DNA of 64,000 nucleotides from assembly GCA_046757925.1 (NCBI GenBank), contig JBHHZE010000005.1, positions 4,239 through 68,238 on the forward strand, in the 5' to 3' direction. Position numbers and translations under genes: made by a program. This document shows, piece after piece, positions 52,868 to 62,118 of this stretch. Below the pieces are notes generated by a model that worked only from the letters and a program-made list of their open reading frames with translations, was not told the DNA's origin and did no database searches. This DNA is from Gemmatimonadales bacterium. Lineage in GTDB: Bacteria > Gemmatimonadota > Gemmatimonadetes > Gemmatimonadales > GWC2-71-9. Positions within the stretch are counted from its first letter, which is position 1, and each line of letters begins with the position of its first letter.

Positions 52868-55605
52868 TGGGCACCTCCGCTCGTTACGCGCTCGGTCTTG
52901 TTCTTTTCGCGCCGCATGATGTCTTCCAACCGCGGCGCCGTGTCGATGTCGAAATAGACGATCCCGTCAACTAGCGTTTTCTCGACCACGCTCTGTGGAT
53001 CGAATGGATGGCCCGACATGATCACGATATCGGCATCCTTGCCGATGTCGATGCTGCCGAGTCTATCGCCCATCGCGATGTCCTGAGCCGGGTTGAGGGT
53101 TACCATTCGGATCGCCTGTTCTTCGGAGACACCTCCGTATTTCATCGCCTTGGCGGCCTCTTGCAGCAATCTTCGGATGCGTTCGCCGCTATCGGAGTTG
53201 ATTGACACCCTTACACCACGCTGCGTCATGAGCGCCGCATTGTACGGAATGGCGTCGTACGCCTCGAGTTTGTAGGCCCAGTTGTCGGCGAACGTGCTGG
53301 CGCCGGCACCGTGCGCCGCCAGTTCGTCCGCCACCTTGTATCCCTCCAGCACGTGCTGGAACGTGCCGATCTTGAACCCCAAAGAATCTGCCAGGTGTAT
53401 GAGCATCAGGATCTCGTCGGACCTGTAACTGTGGCTGTGTACCCGGATGGTGCCGTCCAAGATTCCGACGAGAGTTTCCAAGAATAGGTCGCGCCTGGGC
53501 TCGAGCGGTTCCTTCCCTTTCTTCGCGCGCTTGGCCTGCGCTTCATAATCGGTCCATTCCTGCTTGTACTCTATGGCCCGCTGAAACGCCTCTGCGATAC
53601 TGTACTCCACACCCATCCGCGTCGCCGGGAACCGACGCGGCACACCCCGCTGTCCGGCGGCACGGGATCGCTTGGGATTCTCGCCCAACGCGAACTTGAT
53701 CCCCTGCGGTGCCCCCTCGAGCAACATCTGATCGGCGTTCAGGCCCCAGCGCAGCTTGATAACCGCATCCTGGCCGCCGATGGAGTTGGCGGAACCGTGC
53801 AGCAGATGTGCCGTCGTGACGCCTCCGGCCAGCGCCCGCCAAATCTGAATGTCGTCATTCCGGACTTCGTCCCTTACGCGCACCTGCGGTGTCAGATTGT
53901 CGGTTCCTTCGTTGATACCCCCCTCGATAGCCATATGGGAGTGCGAGTCGATTATTCCCGGAATGACATACTTGCCGGACGCATCGATTACAGCGGCACC
54001 TTTGGGGACCGTGACGTTCGAACCGACCTGAGCGATCTTGCCATTCCGCACAATGATGGTTGCGTTCTCGAGCGTTCCGTGCGACGCCGTCACCACGGTT
54101 GCGTTGGTGATTGCGACCAGTTGGGCCCTTGGGACCTCGGCAGGCGCGACGCGTATGGCAGGATGTACGGTCGGTCGCGAGGTCGCCTCGGTCGAGTCCT
54201 GCTTCTCCGCCTCACGTTGCCGGAAACGACCACCACGTCGTCGACCACCACGGCTGGCACTGCCACGACCGCCGGCCACCGTGCGGTCTCGGTCGATGAC
54301 GAACCGCTCACCATCCACGAATACCGCCTCGATGTTCGTGGAGTCGTCAAACAGATCGCCGGATGCCACAACGAGATCGGCGATCTTGCCGCGCTCGACC
54401 GACCCCAGCCGGTCGGATACGCCGAGGATCCGAGCGGGTGCCAAGGTAAGCGCCCGGAGGGCCGCGTCGGGTGACAGACCCGCGTCGATCGCCTTACTGA
54501 CAGCTCCCCTGAAATCGGCGGCACTTACGGTTCCGCCACCGGAGGTAAGGGCAAAACTGATTCCAGCCGAATCGAGCGCCGCGGCATTGTGCTGCACCAG
54601 CCATTCCAGATCGTCGTCCGAGGGGGGAACGTCGGGACGGGTATAGAAGTACGACCGACCCGTCATCGATGTGGCCTCCTCGAAATCCAGCGAAACCAGC
54701 ACCGGCCGGCCCTCCGCCTTCAGCAAATCGAGCGTCTGCCAACCTTCACCGACACCCGAGAGCAGGTAGTTGAGACCGAATTCACGCGCGAGCTTCACCG
54801 CACGGCGGATATATCTGTTCCGGCCCGCATCGATGACAACCAGGCGCCGGCCTGCGGCATACGGGATGAGCGCCTCGGTTTTGGGGTCCAAGTTAGGACG
54901 CTCCAGGCCGCTCGGATTCCTCTGGTAGCGAGCGAGATTCTTGGCTAGGGTTTGCGCGTCCAGCATGCTCTGTCGCTCGTAAGACATGACGCCCATCAAG
55001 GTCGAGGGATACCGGCCCCGCACGCCCTCGAACCCCATGTGCAGTGCCACGGGCGAGCGCAGCACCATTTCGCCCGGTGCCTCGCCACGCAGATTGATGA
55101 GCGCACTCTGACCGCGGTAGGCCCCGCGGTTGGGGGCGACGAGTGCCGTGGTCACTCCCGCCCGGCGCCAGGCGGCAACCGATGGATCGGCGGGGAGTAG
55201 CTCCTCCCGAATCACGCGGTCGGGATCCAGTCCCTGGTAACGAGAGGTGTCTCGCTGTCCTCCGAAACCTCCGAAGCCGCCGGAGGGGCGTCGTCGTCGG
55301 CTCTGTCGCAGTGCCGCGTGGGATGCTGCGTCTATGAGGCCGGGGTACACCGTTTTCCCAGCGAGGTCGAGTACTCGGGCATCGGGCGGTACGCTCACCG
55401 ACGCTCCGACATCGGCGATCAGCCCGTCTCGGATCACGACGGTGCCGTTTGCTACCGTTCTGCCCGATACCGTGACGATCCGGGCATTGGTCAGTGCCCA
55501 CGTGTCTTGTTGTGCCAAGGCCGCCGGCGGCGCACCGAGAGTCGCCACGGCAGCAAACACCGCGACCAAAATTGGGGAACGGCCGGGCAGGAGTAGGTTC
55601 TTCAT
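52864..55605 (-). CDS. Secreted tandem (double) amidohydrolase-domain protein with an Arg/Gly-rich linker
   Basis: Track ORF trimmed to ATG 55605 (MKNLLLPGRSPILVAVFAAVATLGAPPAALAQ). The first module ends at GKIADLVVASGDLF. The linker is GGRGSASRGGRRRGGRFRQREAEKQ. The second module has IPGIIDSHSHMAIEG and GKDADIVIMSGHPF. Confidence 0.88.
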   Translation of the reverse strand: MKNLLLPGRSPILVAVFAAVATLGAPPAALAQQDTWALTNARIVTVSGRTVANGTVVIRDGLIADVGASVSVPPDARVLDLAGKTVYPGLIDAASHAALRQSRRRRPSGGFGGFGGQRDTSRYQGLDPDRVIREELLPADPSVAAWRRAGVTTALVAPNRGAYRGQSALINLRGEAPGEMVLRSPVALHMGFEGVRGRYPSTLMGVMSYERQSMLDAQTLAKNLARYQRNPSGLERPNLDPKTEALIPYAAGRRLVVIDAGRNRYIRRAVKLAREFGLNYLLSGVGEGWQTLDLLKAEGRPVLVSLDFEEATSMTGRSYFYTRPDVPPSDDDLEWLVQHNAAALDSAGISFALTSGGGTVSAADFRGAVSKAIDAGLSPDAALRALTLAPARILGVSDRLGSVERGKIADLVVASGDLFDDSTNIEAVFVDGERFVIDRDRTVAGGRGSASRGGRRRGGRFRQREAEKQDSTEATSRPTVHPAIRVAPAEVPRAQLVAITNATVVTASHGTLENATIIVRNGKIAQVGSNVTVPKGAAVIDASGKYVIPGIIDSHSHMAIEGGINEGTDNLTPQVRVRDEVRNDDIQIWRALAGGVTTAHLLHGSANSIGGQDAVIKLRWGLNADQMLLEGAPQGIKFALGENPKRSRAAGQRGVPRRFPATRMGVEYSIAEAFQRAIEYKQEWTDYEAQAKRAKKGKEPLEPRRDLFLETLVGILDGTIRVHSHSYRSDEILMLIHLADSLGFKIGTFQHVLEGYKVADELAAHGAGASTFADNWAYKLEAYDAIPYNAALMTQRGVRVSINSDSGERIRRLLQEAAKAMKYGGVSEEQAIRMVTLNPAQDIAMGDRLGSIDIGKDADIVIMSGHPFDPQSVVEKTLVDGIVYFDIDTAPRLEDIMRREKNKTERVTSGGAQ

Positions 55606-55888
55606 AGTCCGCTCGTTGCTCTGGGGGTTGCGTGGCTCGGGTCGCAAGATCATTCAAAGGGATTCTCCGTGGACTACGCAGAGCCGAGCCGAACTGTTGA
55701 CTCTGTACCCTTAAGGTATTGTGCATCCCACAGATCCGCGATTCCCAAGAGGCGGCGCGTCGGGCACGCAGCTTTGGGCTATTGGCCGAGTGGGCGTTCA
55801 ATGGGTATCTTAGCATCGTGGGAAGCGATATCGCACTTTTTCTTATGCCGTCGAGTGTCGAATTGTCATTCTTGAGTACCTTGCCGTA

Positions 55889-58387
55889 ATGGCTACCGGC
55901 TCAACCTGCACCCAGTGCGGTGCGGTGGTCGAACCAGGGTCCCGGTTCTGCAAGCAATGCGGGATGGACGTTTCTGGTCCGCAAAGCCAACTGGGAACCG
56001 AGCAGATGAAGGCGGGGGGAGAAGCGACCGCCGTGTTCCAGCGTACCATGTTGGACGCTCTGACCGAGGCTACACTGGGCGACTACGAGATCCTCGCCGA
56101 GTTGGGCCAGGGCGGCATGGCCACGGTTTTCCTCGCACACGACATTCAACTGGATCGCAAGGTTGCCATCAAGGTCATGTCCCCGGCCCTGTTGGAGGGC
56201 GAGGGAATGATCGAGCGGTTCAAGTTGGAGGCGCGAACGGCTGCCTCTCTCAGCCATCCCCATATCATTCCCATCTTTGCGGTGCGTGAGACCAAAGAAC
56301 TCCTGTTCTTTGTGATGAAGTTCGTTGAAGGGCGGCCGCTGGATTCGATTATCAAAGAAATCGGGCCCCTTCCGATCCCCATGGTGCGAACGATTCTCAG
56401 CAAGGTCGGCGAGTCCTTGGGGTACGCTCACAGGAACGGCGTCGTGCATCGTGACATCAAGCCGGCCAATATCATGATCGATGTCGAGGGCATGCCGGTG
56501 GTAACCGACTTCGGGATTGCCAAGGTCGCCGACAAGCAGGGCTTGACGATGACCGGCGCGACGATCGGAACGCCAACGTACATGAGCCCCGAGCAGTGCA
56601 TGGCGGGTGCAATCACGGGCGCATCGGACCAGTACTCGCTCGGTGTGGTGGCCTACGAGATGTTGACGGGGAAGCCGCCGTTCGATGCCGACACGGTGAT
56701 GACGATCATGTACATGCATTGTCATGAGGACCCAAGGGAGGTGACGGAAATAAGGACCGACTGTCCGGAGCCTCTTCCCTCCACCGTACTGCGCATGCTG
56801 GCCAAGAAGCCCGAGGATCGCTGGCCGTCGATGGAAGAGGCTATAGCCAACTTGGGTGGCGCGGGCGCGCTGTCATTCGATCATCCGGTTCGGACGCAGA
56901 TGATTGACCTCGCAAAGGCGGGGATGAACGAGGAGATCCTGAAGCGGGTCAGTACACCGCGCAGTCCGATACCAGTGGGGGTGACGGGCCGCGCAGGTGG
57001 CGGACCGGCGTCGCATCCCGAGGCAGCGACTGTAAAGATGGAGTCGGCTCCGCGAACCTCCGTGGGAGGTACGCTCCCACCGCAGAAGCGGCGGGCGGGA
57101 TGGATCATAGGTGGACTGGCCGTGGCTGCTGCGGCCGGCGCGGTAGTTTGGCTCGCGCCGTGGCGGGGCGAATCCGAGTCCGTCCCAGCTGGCCCCGCAC
57201 GGGCCCAGGTCGCACAGCCGGCCGGCGTTGTGCGATTACAGCTCACACCCGTCCCGGGCGAACTCACGGTCGGATCCTCTGTGCAGCTAAGCGCCACAGC
57301 ACTGGATGGGGCAAACAATGCGGTCGCGGGAGTTAGTATTTCTTGGACCTCGGGAGATACTTCTGTCGCGACTGTCTCTGCGGCGGGTATGGTATTCGCT
57401 CGGGCACCTGGTACCACCGTCGTAACGGCGAGCAGCCGAGATCAATCAGCGACCACGGAGGTATCGGTGGGCCGGCCCGCGCAAGTGTCGGAGCCCGCCC
57501 GGCCACGTGCGACCAGGGCCGCGGTGGTGTCCATCAATGTCTTCAATCCTCCCGCGTCGGTGGTGATGGGTACCACCGCCCAACTGCGTGCCGTACCGCG
57601 GGATAAGTCCAGAAATCCGCTCCCTGACAGACAGGTCGTATGGAAATCCAATGATCCCAGTGTAGGGAGAATAGATGCGGCGACCGGAGTATTGACGGGC
57701 GTTTCGGCCGGTACTGTGATTGTCACGGCGTCGAGTGAGGGGAAGTCGGCCAGCGCCACTCTGAAGATACTTCCAGAGCCTGTGGTTTTCGTATCCATCG
57801 TACCCTCGAATCCTCCTCCGTTGACAGTGGGTCAGACCGTGCGGTTAGCGGCAACCGGCCTCAGCGCGCGCAATACGCAGCTTTCGGGACGAGGTGTGGA
57901 GTGGAGCAGTAGCAATACCCATGTCGCGACTGTGACGGACGGGCTCGTGATAGCACACGCTGCCGGCACGACCAGCATTACCGCAGAAATCGATGGGAAG
58001 ATCGGCTCGGCGACCGTAAGCGTCAACGCGGCGCCGGTGACGACACCCGAACCGGTGAACGATCGCCAGGCGATTTCGGACGTGATACAACTGTACGCGC
58101 GCGCCCTGGAATTGCATGACATGCAGCAGGTGAGACGGATCCACCCGGGACTGACGTCGAAGCAGGAGAGTGACCTTAGGCGTTCACTCGATATCATGAA
58201 AGACCTGAAGGTAGCGCTCGAGATCAGCGACCTTGCGATCAACGGAGATCAGGCAGAGGCGACTCTGAGCGGGTCCTACAAGTTCCGTAACACGGCGTCG
58301 GGTAGGGACGAGAACACTTCAGTGACGTTCCACATGACTCTGCGGCGCGGCCCGAACGGCTGGCGCATCACCGAAACCAGCAACTGA
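55889..58387 (+). CDS. Zinc-ribbon Ser/Thr kinase with TM, four Big_2-like Ig domains and a C-terminal NTF2/SnoaL-like domain
   Basis: Zinc ribbon CTQCGAVVEPGSRFCKQCG, then GQGGMATVFLA, VAIKVM, HRDIKPANIM, DFGIAK and YMSPEQ. TM segment WIIGGLAVAAAAGAVVWLA. Repeated blocks SVQLSATALDG...WTSGDTSVATVSAAG. C-terminal AISDVIQLYARALELHDMQQVRRIHP...GWRITETS. Confidence 0.9.
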   Translation: MATGSTCTQCGAVVEPGSRFCKQCGMDVSGPQSQLGTEQMKAGGEATAVFQRTMLDALTEATLGDYEILAELGQGGMATVFLAHDIQLDRKVAIKVMSPALLEGEGMIERFKLEARTAASLSHPHIIPIFAVRETKELLFFVMKFVEGRPLDSIIKEIGPLPIPMVRTILSKVGESLGYAHRNGVVHRDIKPANIMIDVEGMPVVTDFGIAKVADKQGLTMTGATIGTPTYMSPEQCMAGAITGASDQYSLGVVAYEMLTGKPPFDADTVMTIMYMHCHEDPREVTEIRTDCPEPLPSTVLRMLAKKPEDRWPSMEEAIANLGGAGALSFDHPVRTQMIDLAKAGMNEEILKRVSTPRSPIPVGVTGRAGGGPASHPEAATVKMESAPRTSVGGTLPPQKRRAGWIIGGLAVAAAAGAVVWLAPWRGESESVPAGPARAQVAQPAGVVRLQLTPVPGELTVGSSVQLSATALDGANNAVAGVSISWTSGDTSVATVSAAGMVFARAPGTTVVTASSRDQSATTEVSVGRPAQVSEPARPRATRAAVVSINVFNPPASVVMGTTAQLRAVPRDKSRNPLPDRQVVWKSNDPSVGRIDAATGVLTGVSAGTVIVTASSEGKSASATLKILPEPVVFVSIVPSNPPPLTVGQTVRLAATGLSARNTQLSGRGVEWSSSNTHVATVTDGLVIAHAAGTTSITAEIDGKIGSATVSVNAAPVTTPEPVNDRQAISDVIQLYARALELHDMQQVRRIHPGLTSKQESDLRRSLDIMKDLKVALEISDLAINGDQAEATLSGSYKFRNTASGRDENTSVTFHMTLRRGPNGWRITETSN

Positions 58388-58406
58388 CGTTGGGAACCAC
58401 TAGATA

Positions 58407-59723
58407 ATGGATGCACTGCGAAGCCGTTCGTGGTTGGTCGTGCTGTATGGTGCCACCACTATTTCGACGCTCTCTTGCTTTGGGGACAGCCCAACAATCG
58501 GGCCCGGAGAGATAGTTGCCGTTCGGGTCTTTCCGGACACCATACTGCTCGCGGTTGGTGAGGACAGTTCGTTCAGTGCGGTCGCCCTGGATGCGAGCGT
58601 TGCTGCAGTCGCCGGTGGACCACCTTCCTGGTCTAGTGAGCCTATGCAGGTGGCCACGATCAGTAACACGGGAGTGGTACAGGCGGTGGGTCTGGGAACC
58701 GCCACCGTAACGGCGGTGATAGAGGGAGCGAGCGGCTCTGCTACCGTGGTGGTCGCTCCCCCTGCCATCGCGCTCACTCCCGGCTCGGTGGTTATCGGTG
58801 CCGTTGCGGGAGGTGCGGATCCACCCTCTCAGACGGTGGCCGTGACCAACACAGGCCCCGGCATCCTGAATGGTCTCACGGTCGATCCCATCGCGTACGG
58901 CGGACCGGTTCAGGGCTGGCTCCAGGCTGCTTTGGCTTCCGACAGCGCTCCGACGGATCTCGTGCTTCAGGCCTCCACCGGTACCCTGCTTCCCGGATCC
59001 TACACCGCCACCGTCTCGGTGCGATCGGCAGTGGCTGGCAACAGTCCCCAGTCGGTTGACGTGACGTTTACGGTGACCGCGCCACCCGCCGGCAATCCCG
59101 GGCAGCTGGTGGTTGTTACTCAGCCTGCGGGGGCGACGGCAAACGTGGCCTTTTCGACCCAGCCTGTCGTGGAAATCCGCGATAGTGCAGGTACCCGGGT
59201 GTTTGCCGCGACCGATCCGGTCACGGCGAGCGTATTCAGCGGGAACGGCGTGGTTCTCGGAACTACAACGGTGGTCCCGGTCAACGGACAGGCGACATTC
59301 ACGGATTTGGTGATTCGTGGTCCCCAGACCGCGGGTGATTCACTCGGAACAGGGAATCATCAGTTGCAGTTCAGTGCGACAGGTCTCACCTCGGCCACAT
59401 CAGCAGCGTTCGATGTCCGGGTGTCGTTCTCCTACAACGTACAGTACCTGTTTCGTGACCTGACTTTTGGTGCCACATGCCTGCAATGCCACAGCACGTT
59501 CAACACGACGGCGGGCCTCGTTGGTCAACCCCCGTCGCTCAATTCGGGCAGTTGCGGTACGCTGGTCGTGGCGTCGAACGCGAACGGTAGTTTCTTGATG
59601 CAGAAGCTCGATGGCACTCAACCGGCCGGGTGTGGAGTGGTCATGCCGCTCACGGGCACGCTGTCGACCCTCCTGCGTGACATCGTGCGCAACTGGATCA
59701 ATCAGGGGGCGAATAACAACTAG
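58407..59723 (+). CDS. Secreted Ig-like (Big_2) repeat protein with a C-terminal CxxCH (PSCyt1-like cytochrome c) domain
   Basis: N-terminal Big_2-like segment (VRVFPDTILLAVGEDSSFSAVALD...ATISNTGVVQAVGLGTATVTAV). C-terminal ATCLQCHSTF...SFLMQKLDG...VMPLTG...IVRNWINQGA. Confidence 0.8.
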   Translation: MDALRSRSWLVVLYGATTISTLSCFGDSPTIGPGEIVAVRVFPDTILLAVGEDSSFSAVALDASVAAVAGGPPSWSSEPMQVATISNTGVVQAVGLGTATVTAVIEGASGSATVVVAPPAIALTPGSVVIGAVAGGADPPSQTVAVTNTGPGILNGLTVDPIAYGGPVQGWLQAALASDSAPTDLVLQASTGTLLPGSYTATVSVRSAVAGNSPQSVDVTFTVTAPPAGNPGQLVVVTQPAGATANVAFSTQPVVEIRDSAGTRVFAATDPVTASVFSGNGVVLGTTTVVPVNGQATFTDLVIRGPQTAGDSLGTGNHQLQFSATGLTSATSAAFDVRVSFSYNVQYLFRDLTFGATCLQCHSTFNTTAGLVGQPPSLNSGSCGTLVVASNANGSFLMQKLDGTQPAGCGVVMPLTGTLSTLLRDIVRNWINQGANNN

Positions 59724-61015
59724 AAGTTGTACTCCAAACCCGCCGTCCACACTACGTCGGGCTGCAGGCCGGTTTCGGTGAGAGGGAAGATCGCGTTTGT
59801 GACCAGCACGGTTCCTCCACGCAGGGTGAACTTCATTCCTACAGATGCATTGACGATGTTGGCACGCCGCTCAACGATGGGGGACGACTGAACCTCGCGG
59901 CGGAAAGGTTGGTCGTATGTTATCGGCCCCGGCAATGAGTTCTTGTCCGCTCCTATCTGCCACTCGGTGAGAACGTCGAATGCGAGTGTCGCCCAGGAAG
60001 TCATCAGGTTGTCGAATCCGATGGTCGCGAGGGCGGCGTCGTTCTGTTCGTTAGCGGCCCGGACCACATATCCCGCGTTCAAGTGAGGTGCAAACGCGCC
60101 GAACTGAGCCGATACGACTGCCAGCGCTCTACCGGAGGCATCTCCGGCGCCCAACAGGTCCTCCTCGTCACCAGTAGCGAATCGCACGTCTCCCAGGAGT
60201 GCCGCGCCCACCTTCGGAGACTGTCCCAGGTTGATTTTGATCCGCGCCGCCACATCTCCAATCCCGGTTGCCGAGCCATCGATCGATGAGGCGGCCCGCA
60301 GAACCGGGTCGGCAATCGATCCCCCAAAGAAATGGAACGCGGTAGATCCAAACGGCATGATCTGAGCCTCGCTACTTCCCTTGAGCGACGTCCTGACGAA
60401 CGGCAACGCGACTCCGATGTCGATGAAATCGGTGATACCATAAGTCATGAACACCGATGTCACCAATACATCGATGTCGAGGCCCATGGTAACGTCGATA
60501 ACATCGTTCTCGAATTCCGGGTCACCCAGCGTGCCCGCGTTACTGACGTCTTCATGCACGAAGTTGAGTGACAGATTGTCAGCCGGGACTCCGTTCAGGG
60601 TCGTGAAGTGCGCGCCGGACACGTTGGCTCCTACGAAGAACTTGCCCCTGCCCAGCGTCTGAGCCCGCTCGGCGAATATGGGCCCCGCTGATGTGGAAGT
60701 ACGGACCGGCAGGCCACCCACGAAGCTGAAGGTGGCACCGCTGCTGGTGGCGCTGATCGGCGTGTTCGACACGCTCTGTCCGATAGCGTTCGTAATGAAC
60801 GAGATGATTGCCGCATTGCCTGAGGCGAAAGCCGGGAGGAAATGGTCGCCGTGGCCCGTGCCGGCGTTTATCGAGCCGTCCAGGCAAAGCAGGCCATCGC
60901 AGTTCCCGAACCTGAAGAGGTCGGAGACCCTATCGCGTAATTTTGCACTACTCTGTGCCAGTAGAGGGGACGCGATTATAGAACTCAGGGTGTACAGTAT
61001 GACAACACGCAGCAT
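59720..61015 (-). CDS. Putative outer-membrane beta-barrel protein
   Basis: Signal peptide MLRVVILYTLSSIIASPLLAQ, alternating strands, and a C-terminal TAGLEYNF ending in an aromatic residue, typical of OMPs. Confidence 0.65.
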   Translation of the reverse strand: MLRVVILYTLSSIIASPLLAQSSAKLRDRVSDLFRFGNCDGLLCLDGSINAGTGHGDHFLPAFASGNAAIISFITNAIGQSVSNTPISATSSGATFSFVGGLPVRTSTSAGPIFAERAQTLGRGKFFVGANVSGAHFTTLNGVPADNLSLNFVHEDVSNAGTLGDPEFENDVIDVTMGLDIDVLVTSVFMTYGITDFIDIGVALPFVRTSLKGSSEAQIMPFGSTAFHFFGGSIADPVLRAASSIDGSATGIGDVAARIKINLGQSPKVGAALLGDVRFATGDEEDLLGAGDASGRALAVVSAQFGAFAPHLNAGYVVRAANEQNDAALATIGFDNLMTSWATLAFDVLTEWQIGADKNSLPGPITYDQPFRREVQSSPIVERRANIVNASVGMKFTLRGGTVLVTNAIFPLTETGLQPDVVWTAGLEYNF

Positions 61016-61080
61016 TGCGGATGCTCCCGAGTGACGGTGTGAGGAGAGAGTATACAGTGAGGACGTTAGGACGGCAAATG

Positions 61081-62016
61081 CTAGCGCTGCGACGACGAGT
61101 CACGTGTCACGAGGCCCACGGGCACCGCGACGAGTCGAGGAACTTCCTCTCCGTGCAGCCGTCTTGATACCAGCTCGACCGTCCGGCGGCCGATCTCCAC
61201 GGGGTCTTGAGCCGCATCGGCCTCCAGTGCCGTATGCCCGGCTATTGCGGTGCGGGCTTCGGGTGTGGCGTCGTATCCCACTATGATCACGTCGTTCCGT
61301 CCAGCTGCCTGTAGCGACGCCAGAGCTCCCAACGCGCAGTCGTCGTTGGAGCCGAAGATCGCATCGATGTGCGCCGCACCGGCGATCAGATTGTCGGTCT
61401 TCTGTTTCGCCACGTCCCGCAACCCGCGCTCGACCGCCGGGGCCGCAACGACGCGAATTCCCGGATAGGCGGCGAGCGCCATCCTAAACCCGGCTACACG
61501 ATCTTGCACGCTTGCAACAGTCGGCTGATCGAGAATCGCGACGTTGCCGTGTCCACCAAGACGCTGGGCGACGTAGTCGCCCAATAGTCGGCCGCCCTGC
61601 TCGTTGTCGCTCGCAACGTGCGATTCGATTCTGCCGGCGTCGGCCGCAATATCGGCCGTAAACACGGGAATCCCGGCGTCGTTGGCCTCCTGCACCGCGC
61701 TCACGATCCCGCTGGAGTTTACCGGCGCGATGACTATTGCATCCATGCCCTGGGTGATGAAGTTCTGGACCTGTGCCGTCTGCCGCGCCAGGTCCCACTC
61801 ACCCGCTACAATGTGCAACTCGGGACCGAGACTGTCCGCCGCCTGTCGCATACCGCGCTTCAGATCCTGATAGAAAACATGGGCTTCGGTTAGTAACGTA
61901 ATTCCCACTCGTGGAGCATTGTCCTCTCGTCCTCCCACACAAGCTGCAATGGTCAAAGCCGCAACGAGAGGAACGGCCGTCAACACTCCTCGAGCATGCA
62001 GGGAAACAATTCTCAT
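61081..62016 (-). CDS. Sugar ABC transporter substrate-binding lipoprotein (RbsB / Peripla_BP_4-like)
   Basis: Lipobox LTIAAC, then RVGITLLTEAHVFYQDLKRG, MDAIVIAPVNSSG, IPVFTADI and FGSNDDCALGALASL. Confidence 0.85.
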   Translation of the reverse strand: MRIVSLHARGVLTAVPLVAALTIAACVGGREDNAPRVGITLLTEAHVFYQDLKRGMRQAADSLGPELHIVAGEWDLARQTAQVQNFITQGMDAIVIAPVNSSGIVSAVQEANDAGIPVFTADIAADAGRIESHVASDNEQGGRLLGDYVAQRLGGHGNVAILDQPTVASVQDRVAGFRMALAAYPGIRVVAAPAVERGLRDVAKQKTDNLIAGAAHIDAIFGSNDDCALGALASLQAAGRNDVIIVGYDATPEARTAIAGHTALEADAAQDPVEIGRRTVELVSRRLHGEEVPRLVAVPVGLVTRDSSSQR

Positions 62017-62118
62017 TCGCGTTCCACCGCCTCAGGATTTTCTAGTCCCTCAATTATACTTGTTTAAGAGCGGTGAGGGAGCAAGTAACTTCAAGACTGT
62101 ACTCGGGCCGAGGAAAAC

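Noticed and set aside
55606-55888. A 283-bp, relatively AT-rich intergenic region upstream of the kinase gene, considered as a small RNA or small protein gene (track ORF 55669..55875)
   Set aside because: The ORF translation looks non-coding. There is no convincing promoter/terminator pair or structure, so the region is probably just the divergent promoter region.
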